Assembly (NCBI GenBank): GCA_019239775.1 | Contig: JAFAZN010000199.1 | Span: forward strand, 26,690 to 90,689 | Source of the DNA: Chloroflexota bacterium | GTDB lineage: Bacteria > Chloroflexota > UBA6077 > CF-72 | Length of the DNA: 64,000 nucleotides | Direction of reading: 5' to 3' | Position numbers and translations under genes: made by a program | Notes under the pieces: model-generated | Told to the model about the DNA's origin: nothing | The model's database searches: none | Seen by the model: only the letters and a program-made list of their open reading frames with translations | Part shown: in pieces, positions 31,869 through 40,208 of the stretch | Layout of the letters: each line of letters opens with the position of its first letter | Numbering within the stretch: position 1 is the stretch's first letter

Positions 31869-33796
31869 GCGCCGGACTCCTTTGGCGGAAGGGTGAGCTG
31901 GGTGCCAGCTTGAAGGACGTTCGGGTCATTGCCGATTGCCGCCTTGTTGGCGTCGTAAATCGCCTTCCACTGGTTCGCGTCGCCGTACACGGCGGCAGCG
32001 ATCGACGGCAGTGTGTCGCCGGCCTTGACGGCGTACGTCGCGCTGGGCGGCGAGGCTGGTGCAGCCGTCGCGGCCAGCGTGGCTGCCACGGACGGTGCTG
32101 GCGTACTCCGCTTCGCGGGTGTTGGACTCCCCTTCGCCGGCGTTGGACTTCCCTTCGTCGGCGCCGGCGTCGCTTGCGGCGTGGTACTCGCGGCAGCCCG
32201 CACGTTCGGCGAGGGCTTCGGAACCGCGGTCGGACTCGTCTGCTCGGGCGCGGGAGTATCAGCTGTTGCGCCAGCCGCGGCCGCTGCAACAGCCCCCGCC
32301 GAGACCGGTGGGCCTTGCACGACACCGACCACCTGCGGCGCATCGGGACCATCCGTCAAATCGCAGGCAAATGGCGCTTGTGGTGGAACCTGAACCGGAA
32401 CATCTGAGGCAATGACTTCCAACGCAGCCGTGGCGGCTGCCTGGCTTCGGCTACCAATCAACGTGAACACCAGCTGGCCAGGACTCGCGTCACCGGGCAC
32501 GACGTACGAGCCACCGGAGGCGGCGTTGCCCTGGCCGTCGGTCCGGAAGCAACTCACCTCCTGGCCGGCGTCGGCGTCTGTCCGCCCGACAAACGCGTGC
32601 ACGATCTCGTTGCGCGCAAAGCCGATCGCGTAAAACGTCAATGTTGTGCCGGGACGTCCACCGTACGTGCTGGGCTGCGCGCTTGGTGTGTACGGCAACG
32701 TGTCAAAGCTGGCGGTCGTCGGCGCTTTGCTCTGGCTGCCAACGAAAATCAGCGTTTGCTTGCCCTGGAGTCCGAACGGCACGAGAAAACCACCAGAATT
32801 CGTGAATCCGCCGGTATCGTCCGTCTGAATCGTCGTCAGCGCGGGAGTATCAGGATCATTGAGAAAAACAGTCACCTGTTCGCCAGGACCAAAATCCTTG
32901 CCAGAGAAGCTGAGCACGTTGTCAGGTTTGATCGCGTAGCTCGAAAGGTCTACGCTTGGATACAGGTTCAGCAATTGGAACGCGACGGTTACCGGCGACT
33001 GGCTCTTGTCGCCAACGAACACGAACGCGTTATTGCCGACCGCACCGAACGGCACGCGGACAGAGCCTTGCCGCACAGTGCCAGCCTCGTCCGTTTGCAC
33101 AGTGCCGATCGAGTCGCTGGACAGATCGTTCCAGTACACCGTGATCGTCTCGGTCGGGTCGAAGCCGCTCGCCGACAGCTGGATGGTGTCGCCGGATTTG
33201 GCGGCTTGCGTTCCCAGTTTGACCTGCGGCGATCCTCCCGCAATGACGGCCGTCGCGGTGGCAGCATTGTCGCTTTCCCTTTCTCTCGCCTGAACGACGA
33301 AGCTGCCACGGGGTAGCGAATCGGGCACGGCAAATGTCACTCCGCCAAAACCGCCACTCTTATCGACCTGGACAAAGGTCAACGGATCGACGCTGTCTGT
33401 CACCTGTTGTTTGACATAGATATCCAGCGTGGCGCCCGGATCGAAGCCGCTGCCCGTTACGCCCACGCTCGAGCCCTGCCTGACGGTGCTCGGATTGAGC
33501 AATACCAGTGGTCGCGCTTCGATCGACACGGCAGTGCCCTGGATTTGCACGACCAATGGAGTTGGAGTCGGCCCGTTGGCCTGTGCCGCGGCGGGAGTCC
33601 GCCCGGCAACCGGCGTCGTCGTAGCCGGTGCATTGCCGTTGCGCACGCCCGGAGTGCCGCGCTGGGCGCTAGCGCCTGTTGTGTCCACAGCCACCTCTCC
33701 GCCTGAGCCAGAACCCGTCAAGATGATGCGAGCGACAACCAGCACCAGGATGAGCCCTGCGCCCACCGCGATGAGGCGTTGTTTCATCCGAGCCAA
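31865..33796 (-). CDS. Membrane-anchored surface protein: four Ig-like modules + P/A/T linker + C-terminal LysM
   Basis: N-terminal TM (ATG 33787 gives MKQRLIAVGAGLILVLVV). Modules with VGVTGSGFDPGATLDIYV, LSASGFDPTETITVYW, FSGKDFGPGEQVTVFL, FYAIGFARNEIVHAFV. LysM is YAVKAGDTLPSIAAAVYGDANQWKAIYDANKAAIGNDPNVLQAGTQLTLP (about nt 31868-32035). Confidence 0.7.
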   Translation of the reverse strand: MARMKQRLIAVGAGLILVLVVARIILTGSGSGGEVAVDTTGASAQRGTPGVRNGNAPATTTPVAGRTPAAAQANGPTPTPLVVQIQGTAVSIEARPLVLLNPSTVRQGSSVGVTGSGFDPGATLDIYVKQQVTDSVDPLTFVQVDKSGGFGGVTFAVPDSLPRGSFVVQARERESDNAATATAVIAGGSPQVKLGTQAAKSGDTIQLSASGFDPTETITVYWNDLSSDSIGTVQTDEAGTVRQGSVRVPFGAVGNNAFVFVGDKSQSPVTVAFQLLNLYPSVDLSSYAIKPDNVLSFSGKDFGPGEQVTVFLNDPDTPALTTIQTDDTGGFTNSGGFLVPFGLQGKQTLIFVGSQSKAPTTASFDTLPYTPSAQPSTYGGRPGTTLTFYAIGFARNEIVHAFVGRTDADAGQEVSCFRTDGQGNAASGGSYVVPGDASPGQLVFTLIGSRSQAAATAALEVIASDVPVQVPPQAPFACDLTDGPDAPQVVGVVQGPPVSAGAVAAAAAGATADTPAPEQTSPTAVPKPSPNVRAAASTTPQATPAPTKGSPTPAKGSPTPAKRSTPAPSVAATLAATAAPASPPSATYAVKAGDTLPSIAAAVYGDANQWKAIYDANKAAIGNDPNVLQAGTQLTLPPKESGA

Positions 33797-33991
33797 GCTA
33801 TCGGCGCGGGACCGGCATGATCCTGTTCTGGTTCGAGAAGGGCCTTAACGCAGCCAGAACGACGACACAATGGTTACTTGCGGTTAGAGTTCCGGAGAAA
33901 CAGAACGGTAGTTTGCGTCAGGTGTCGTTCGGGCGGGCGCTGATAGGCTTCAACTCCAGTTCGGGAACCGACCCCTACGCTCGCCTGACCG

Positions 33992-35305
33992 ATGCCGGTG
34001 TTACTGGATGTCTTTGTGCTCGGTTCGCTGGTGTTGTCCATCCTGCTGACCATCCAATCCGCGTACACCCTCTATCTGATGCTCTACACATGGGACAGCC
34101 CAGAGTCGCATTCGGCAGCCAAGGCGCCCGCCGAGTTCCTTCCCCCAGCGCGCTCGTTTACGGTGATGCTGCCGGCGCGTCATGAGGAGGATGTGATCCA
34201 GACCACAATCGAGCGCGTCGTCCGCGCGAACTATCCGGCGCACTTGTTGGAAATCGTCGTGATCTGCAAGACAGATGACCAGGGCACCATCGCGCAAGCG
34301 GAGGAAAAGATCGCGCGGCTACGGTCGGAGGGGGTCAGCAACGTGAATGTTCTGACCTTCAGCACGCCACCCACGAACAAACCTCACGGGCTGAACGTTG
34401 GACTGGCAGCGACATCCCATCAGATCGTCACCATTTTCGACTCTGAAGACGACATCCACCCGGACATCTTCAACGTCGTGAACACGGTGATGCTGACGGA
34501 GAACGTCAACGTCGTGCAGAGCGGTGTCCAGCTCATGAACTACGATTCGAACTGGTACTCCACACTCAACGTGCTGGAGTATTTCTTCTGGTTCAAGAGC
34601 CGCCTGCACTACCATGCGCGGGCCGGCATGACGCCGCTCGGCGGCAATACCGTGTTCTTCGCGAGGAACGTGCTAGAGCGAGCTGGTGGTTGGGACGAAC
34701 GTAACCTCACGGAGGACGCCGACGTCGGGATCCGTATCAGCTCGATGCGGGAGCCGGTGCGCGTTGTCTACGACGACCGGTACGTGACTCGTGAAGAGAC
34801 GCCACCGTCGTTAAACCACTTCATTCGACAGCGCACGCGGTGGAGTCAGGGCTTCCTGCAAACGTTGAAAAAGGGCGACTGGACGCGCCTACCGACGTTC
34901 GAGCAGCGTTTGCTGGCGATTTACACGCTGATGTTTCCGAGCATCCAGACCGTGCTGGGGCTGTACGTCGTCGTCTCGCTGGCGACGATGTTCACGATCA
35001 AGACACCCGTGCTGGTGGCCATCACGCTGTCATTGCCGCTGTACTTGCTACTGGCCCATCTTTTGTTGGCAATAATCGGCCTGTACGAGTTCGCGGCGGC
35101 TCACCATCTCAAGCCGACCTGGACAACGCCGCTGGTCATGATCATCACGTATTTGCCCTACCAATGGGTGCTGTCCTACGCCTCAGTGCGCGCCACGATC
35201 CGCGAGCTGCGCGGCATCAACAACTGGGAGAAGACGGCACACGTCGGTGCACACCGGGTGGAGTCAGCTCCGAGTCGTTCTGCCGCAGGCGCCAAGATCG
35301 GCTGA
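33992..35305 (+). CDS. Membrane-embedded processive family-2 glycosyltransferase (synthase type, NodC/PgaC/cellulose-synthase-like)
   Basis: N-terminal TM, GT-A core FTVMLPARHEEDVI, IFDSEDDIHPD, LTEDADVG, and QRTRW at 34829-34843 followed by about four TM helices. No PilZ domain. Confidence 0.85.
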   Translation: MPVLLDVFVLGSLVLSILLTIQSAYTLYLMLYTWDSPESHSAAKAPAEFLPPARSFTVMLPARHEEDVIQTTIERVVRANYPAHLLEIVVICKTDDQGTIAQAEEKIARLRSEGVSNVNVLTFSTPPTNKPHGLNVGLAATSHQIVTIFDSEDDIHPDIFNVVNTVMLTENVNVVQSGVQLMNYDSNWYSTLNVLEYFFWFKSRLHYHARAGMTPLGGNTVFFARNVLERAGGWDERNLTEDADVGIRISSMREPVRVVYDDRYVTREETPPSLNHFIRQRTRWSQGFLQTLKKGDWTRLPTFEQRLLAIYTLMFPSIQTVLGLYVVVSLATMFTIKTPVLVAITLSLPLYLLLAHLLLAIIGLYEFAAAHHLKPTWTTPLVMIITYLPYQWVLSYASVRATIRELRGINNWEKTAHVGAHRVESAPSRSAAGAKIG

Positions 35306-35324
35306 TGGATGGATGAATAGATAG

Positions 35325-36911
35325 ATGTTCGGTTGGTGGCGTTTCGATCGCATTCTGCTCCTTGCGAGCGTCGCGGCCGGCGCGCTTACGCACGGCTACA
35401 ACCTCTTCAACTACCCGTTGTACATCACCGACGAAGGCATTTACATCCAGCAGGCGTGGGCGGTACTGCGCGAGGACCGACTCTCGCCCTACACCTACTT
35501 CTACGATCACGCGCCGGCTGGCTGGCTCGCCATCGCGACCTGGGTCGCGCTTTTACCGGGGCAGTTCCAGACGTTTGGCAATGCGCTCAACACCGGTCGT
35601 GCGCTCATGCTGGTTTGCCACGTGATCAGCACGTTCCTGCTGTACCGGATCACCCAGCGGTTGTCGGGCAGCCGCGTGAGTGCCGTGGTCGCAACGTTCT
35701 TTTTCAATGTGTCGCCGCTGGCGGTGTTCTATCAGCGCGAGGTCCTGCTGGACAACGTGATGGTCATGTGGCTGCTGCTCGCGGTATTTTTCCTGACATC
35801 GGGGCGGGAATGGCGTGATGGTGACCTGCGTATCGTCACGGTGATTTTGAGCGGACTCGCGTTCGGTGTCGCCGTGCTCACCAAAGAAAACGCGCTGTTC
35901 TTCGCACCCGCATTGACGTACGTGCTGTTCAAACGCTTGCGCGGTCGGATGAACTACCGCTTCAGCATGGGCTTCTGGTCGTTCTCGGCCATCTCCTCGA
36001 TCTCCATCTATTTTCTCTACGCGACGCTGAAGAACGAGCTGCTGCCATCCAATTTCAGCTTTGATCTCAACAACCCACCGGCCGACCACGTATCCCTCTT
36101 GTACTCCATCTGGTGGCAGCTGCACCGTGGTGAGGGAACCATTCTGGACGCCAGTAGTCCAGTATGGCGCTTCTCGCTCGGGGCGTGGCTTCCCAAAGAC
36201 AGCTTCATTCTCGCCGCGGGCGCCGCGGCGACCCTGGTCAACTTAGCCGTTGGATTGCTCTCTCATGGCCGCAAACGCGAAGGGACTATCGTGGGAGCGC
36301 TCGCACTCAGCTACGGAGTGTATCTCGCACGTGGCAGCGAAATGCTCGAGTTCTACGTCGTGCCATTGTTGCCATTCCTCGCGATGAACATCGGTCTTCT
36401 CCTAGGTTGGTGCGTGGCGGTGTTGCCGAACCGCATTCGCGCGATTCCGGCGATCATCCTGGTGATGGTGTTCACGCTAAATCCGCTGTGGGGCTACGTC
36501 CTGGTCATCGACGAGTTCGGCCACGTCGTCCCACATGACCTGTACAAGCTCGGCCAGACCTATATGCAAGAACAACAGCTCCAGTGGATACGGCAGAATG
36601 TGCCGCCCGATGCAAAGCTGATCATCGACGACGACATGTGGGCGGACCTGCACGACGTCAAGCCGTACTACCGTTTCGCGCATTCGCACTTCAAGGCCGC
36701 ATCTGACCCGGACGTCCGCGACAAGCTTTTCGGGAAAGACTGGCGCAATATCGATTTCATCGTCATGTCGAACAAGATGCGTGATGCGATGACCCTGAAT
36801 AATGCGGACGGCTCGGAGAGTTGGATCCTGCAGGCGCTCGACAACTCCACCAGAGTCTGGTCCGTACAGCACGGCGATGTCGAGCTCGAGGTCGACAAGG
36901 TGAATGGATGA
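35325..36911 (+). CDS. Polytopic GT-C-type membrane protein (GT39/PMT_2- or ArnT-like glycosyltransferase)
   Basis: 528 aa with many TM helices. The first loop reads LYITDEGIYIQQAW (DE motif), then YFYDHAPAGWL. A C-terminal soluble domain of about 130 aa follows. The family call is from loop motifs only. Confidence 0.6.
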   Translation: MFGWWRFDRILLLASVAAGALTHGYNLFNYPLYITDEGIYIQQAWAVLREDRLSPYTYFYDHAPAGWLAIATWVALLPGQFQTFGNALNTGRALMLVCHVISTFLLYRITQRLSGSRVSAVVATFFFNVSPLAVFYQREVLLDNVMVMWLLLAVFFLTSGREWRDGDLRIVTVILSGLAFGVAVLTKENALFFAPALTYVLFKRLRGRMNYRFSMGFWSFSAISSISIYFLYATLKNELLPSNFSFDLNNPPADHVSLLYSIWWQLHRGEGTILDASSPVWRFSLGAWLPKDSFILAAGAAATLVNLAVGLLSHGRKREGTIVGALALSYGVYLARGSEMLEFYVVPLLPFLAMNIGLLLGWCVAVLPNRIRAIPAIILVMVFTLNPLWGYVLVIDEFGHVVPHDLYKLGQTYMQEQQLQWIRQNVPPDAKLIIDDDMWADLHDVKPYYRFAHSHFKAASDPDVRDKLFGKDWRNIDFIVMSNKMRDAMTLNNADGSESWILQALDNSTRVWSVQHGDVELEVDKVNG

Positions 36912-38398
36912 AAAGACAACAGCGAAACTGGTGGTTTGTGTTCGTACTCGTGGTCATCTGCGGGATCGTTCTGGGCGCTGCCATCCTGGTTCCACCTTAC
37001 GTGGCGGTAGCGCCAACGCAGGCACGCCTCGACCGCTTGCGGGGCCAGTCCGCCTTTGTGGCCGGCCTGAACTATCCATGGAAGACGGGTCAGGACTTCG
37101 GAACTGGCGCCTGGGGCCACTCGGGTGTGAGCGACCCCACCACATACCAGGAGGTCGACGCGGATTTCGCCAACATGGCGGCGCAGGGGGTTCGAGTCGT
37201 GAAGTGGCGGATCTTCAACGATGGTCGCTACGGCCTGGAGTTCGCCGCGGATGGCTCGGTCATCGGAGTGGACGACCTGTTCTTCCAGGACGTCGACGCG
37301 GCCCTCGAGATCGCTTCCCACCACGACGTGTACCTGGTCTTCACACTGTTTTCCAGCGGTTTCTGGACGGCCGACTGTCAGAGCAATGGCGTCCAGCTCG
37401 GGGGGCATGCCGATCTCGTTGTGGACCCGAACAAACGGAAGTCGCTCATTGAGCATGCTGTAGTGCCGCTGCTGACGCACGTCGCCAGCTCCGATCGCAT
37501 ACTCGCCTACGAGGTCGTTGCCGAACCCGAATGGGGCGTCCAGGAACTGAACTCGGACCCCGATCAACGTATCAAATTACCACTTGGAGCCGTCCACGAC
37601 TTTGTCACGGACCTCGTCACCGCGGTTCACGCAAACACGCGGTCTTTGGCCACGCTGGAGTCCAATCGTTTCAGCAACATGCGACAGTGGCAAGGTACGG
37701 GTGTTGATTACTACAGCTTCAGCTGGTATGACTGGTTGGAGCCATATGAACCGCTGGCGACTACAGCCAGCTCCGCAAGTCTGGATAAACCAATTGTTCT
37801 GGGCGAATATCCCGCCGGTGGCAGCGCATATTACTCCGTGCCACAGGTGCTTGACAGCATGGACACACTCGGATACGCCGGAGCCTTCGGCTGGAGTTAC
37901 TGGGCAGGTGACGGCATCAGCGACTGGCGCGACGTGGCTCCGACGTTTAGCGACTGGGTTGGCGCTCATTGGGCCGACGTCGATGTCGGCGGGAACGCGC
38001 CTGTACCCAGTGCAGGCCCGATCCAGGAGCATCCCTATCCATACTCCGTCACGGACCTCTCGGTACACGCAGAGAACGGTGTGGTCACAGCCGACATGAC
38101 CATCGACGTACCGTCTGGTGAGGCGTATGTGCCGCATGCGTACCTCTACGACGTCGGGTCTCCGCAGCCCCTGGAGGACGTGCGCCTCACAGCAGCACCC
38201 GGGCAACCTGGCAAACTTGAAGCCCGCTTCACCTCTGTTGGTGAAGGCACTACCTACTCCCTAAGCCTTGGCATTTTCGATCCCGCGGGCGCGCTGCACA
38301 AGTGGTTCAATGATCTGTCGACGTTTGCCATCGCCGGTGGAGCGCTCACAACCCCCCACGTCGACGCGCTCGCGAACGAACTCGGGTGCAGCAGCTGA
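36908..38398 (+). CDS. Membrane-anchored clan GH-A (TIM-barrel) glycoside hydrolase-like protein with C-terminal beta-rich domain
   Basis: ATG 36908 overlaps the upstream TGA (ATGA). TM is WWFVFVLVVICGIVLGAAIL. LAYEVVAEPEW (NEP-like acid/base strand) and IVLGEYPAG (nucleophile-like strand). GH family not assignable by eye. Confidence 0.55.
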   Translation: MKRQQRNWWFVFVLVVICGIVLGAAILVPPYVAVAPTQARLDRLRGQSAFVAGLNYPWKTGQDFGTGAWGHSGVSDPTTYQEVDADFANMAAQGVRVVKWRIFNDGRYGLEFAADGSVIGVDDLFFQDVDAALEIASHHDVYLVFTLFSSGFWTADCQSNGVQLGGHADLVVDPNKRKSLIEHAVVPLLTHVASSDRILAYEVVAEPEWGVQELNSDPDQRIKLPLGAVHDFVTDLVTAVHANTRSLATLESNRFSNMRQWQGTGVDYYSFSWYDWLEPYEPLATTASSASLDKPIVLGEYPAGGSAYYSVPQVLDSMDTLGYAGAFGWSYWAGDGISDWRDVAPTFSDWVGAHWADVDVGGNAPVPSAGPIQEHPYPYSVTDLSVHAENGVVTADMTIDVPSGEAYVPHAYLYDVGSPQPLEDVRLTAAPGQPGKLEARFTSVGEGTTYSLSLGIFDPAGALHKWFNDLSTFAIAGGALTTPHVDALANELGCSS

Positions 38399-38402
38399 AC
38401 CT

Positions 38403-40151
38403 ATGCATCGATCCGTACTGGTGTCAATCGCAACGGTTCTCACCTCCGTCGTGGTAGCGAACGTGGTCCTCCTCCAGTCACCATCGCGACGGACTGGCCC
38501 GCAGGCGGCTGCAACCGTGGACACTGAGAGACCGACCTCCGTTCCGCCGTCGGCGACAGCGACGCCCGATCCGTTCGCTGCATGCCAACACGATCCCGCG
38601 AATCTCCCCCCGCTCCAGTCTGGCACCACGTTCCACACGTGCGGTGCGCAGATCATGAACGCGGACGGTCACCCCGTACGAATTACGGGTGTCAGCTGGT
38701 TTGGTATGGAAACGGGCACCTATGCGCCGCATGGTTTATGGACTCGCAATTGGAAGGCGATGCTGGACCAGATCGCGGCGATGGGCTTCAACACGGTCCG
38801 CATCCCGTTCAGCAACGATGCGCTGACGCCAGGGCGGATGCCGCAGAACATTAACTACGCCGTCAACCCGGACCTCGCAGGCAAAACCAGCCTCCAACTG
38901 CTGGACATGTTGGTGCAGGGCGCCGGCGAACGCGGATTGAAGGTCATCCTCGATCGACATCGGCCGACCTCCGCGGCTCAGTCTGATCTCTGGTACACAG
39001 ACGATGTTCCGGAGGAGCGCTGGATCGCCGATTGGGTGATGCTCGCCCAGCGTTACGAGAACCAGGCCGCGCTGCTTGGTGTGGACCTGCACAACGAGCC
39101 GCGCGGTCCGGCGACGTGGGGCAGCGACGACGTGAGCACCGATTGGCGGCTGGCTGCAGAACGCGCCGGAAACGCGATTCTCGCGGTGAATCCGTACGTG
39201 CTGATCTTTGTTCAAGGCATCGAACGCAGCGGCGACGACTGGTATTGGTGGGGCGGCAATTTTCTGGATGCTCGAACGGCTCCGGTTCAACTGGCAGTGC
39301 CGGGTAGGGTCGTGTATTCGCCTCACGACTACGGACCCGACGTCTATGCGCAGCCCTGGTTCAGCGCCGCGGATTTTCCGAACAATCTGCCAGGCATCTG
39401 GGACGCACATTGGGGCTATCTGGCTACTGACCAGGCTGCGCCGGTGGTGCTTGGCGAGTTTGGCGGAGCCGTGAGTGACGGCGCCGAGGGCATCTGGCAG
39501 CATGCGTTGATCGATTACGCCCAGGCGCATTCGATTGGCTGGTTGAGCTGGGCGTTCAATCCGAATTCCGCCGACACCGGCGGGCTGCTCGCGGACGACT
39601 GGCTGACGGTCGTACAATCCAAGGCAGACCTGTACCAGGGGCACCTGGCGCCGCCGCTCGACGTAGGCTCGACCGGCGTCTTTGGACAGGCGCAAACTCG
39701 CCTGTCAGTTCAGGGTCGCAGTACGAGCACCACCGCCCAGACATCCAACATTGGCTTCGTTCTCCAGATCGTCAACGACGGCCCGACCCCGGTCGACTTT
39801 AGCCAGCTGGAGCTGCGCTACTGGTTTAAACCCGGCACATCGATAGCGACTCAGCAGGTGAATATCGACTATGCGGCGGTCGGCGCAGCGAATATCAGTG
39901 GTCGGTTCGACCCTCCCGACGCCAGTGGAGTCGGCGCGCTGAGCCTCACGTTTGCACCTAACGCGGGATCAATCAGTCCATACACCTCCAGCGGTGACAT
40001 CGATGTCCGCATTCACCGACTGGACTGGACGCCCTACGATCAAATCGTCAATTTCAGCTTCCGACCCGAATCAACGCTGGTCGAATGGGACCATGTTGGC
40101 CTGTATCGAGCGGGCGTGCTGGTCTGGGGCACGCCACCCGCGGGACTCTAA
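38403..40151 (+). CDS. GH5 endoglucanase (E1-like) with C-terminal CBM3
   Basis: ATG 38403 with an N-terminal anchor. GVSWFGMETGTYAPHGLW, ILDRHRP, LHNEPRG, LGEFGG. The CBM3 pattern from about nt 39700 reads NIGFVLQIVNDGPTPVDFSQLELRYWF...IDYAAVG...RIHRLDWTPYDQIVNFSF. Confidence 0.88.
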   Translation: MHRSVLVSIATVLTSVVVANVVLLQSPSRRTGPQAAATVDTERPTSVPPSATATPDPFAACQHDPANLPPLQSGTTFHTCGAQIMNADGHPVRITGVSWFGMETGTYAPHGLWTRNWKAMLDQIAAMGFNTVRIPFSNDALTPGRMPQNINYAVNPDLAGKTSLQLLDMLVQGAGERGLKVILDRHRPTSAAQSDLWYTDDVPEERWIADWVMLAQRYENQAALLGVDLHNEPRGPATWGSDDVSTDWRLAAERAGNAILAVNPYVLIFVQGIERSGDDWYWWGGNFLDARTAPVQLAVPGRVVYSPHDYGPDVYAQPWFSAADFPNNLPGIWDAHWGYLATDQAAPVVLGEFGGAVSDGAEGIWQHALIDYAQAHSIGWLSWAFNPNSADTGGLLADDWLTVVQSKADLYQGHLAPPLDVGSTGVFGQAQTRLSVQGRSTSTTAQTSNIGFVLQIVNDGPTPVDFSQLELRYWFKPGTSIATQQVNIDYAAVGAANISGRFDPPDASGVGALSLTFAPNAGSISPYTSSGDIDVRIHRLDWTPYDQIVNFSFRPESTLVEWDHVGLYRAGVLVWGTPPAGL

Positions 40152-40208
40152 AATCACCTTCGTGTAACCGGTCGCGCTTACGCTCGTGCGGATCGTACAG
40201 GAGGTGTT

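Noticed and set aside
31720-33316. Multiple 100-240-aa ORFs in other frames (31720..32352 minus, 31910..32407 plus, 32597..33316 plus)
   Set aside because: They overlap the Ig-repeat/LysM gene. Their translations are dominated by R, P and G runs. The LysM motif and module periodicity fix the real frame.
33797-33991. Looked for a c-di-GMP riboswitch or other leader upstream of the GT2 synthase operon
   Set aside because: There is only a weak 7-bp inverted repeat (GTTCTGG...CCAGAAC) and no recognisable GEMM-type consensus. The GT2 also lacks a PilZ domain, so no c-di-GMP link can be claimed.
35303-35327. Short GATG/GATA run (GATGGATGGATGAATAGATAGATG) between the GT2 stop and the next start
   Set aside because: It is only about six imperfect tetranucleotide units, too short to call a microsatellite or phase-variation tract. 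It is noted as a curiosity only.
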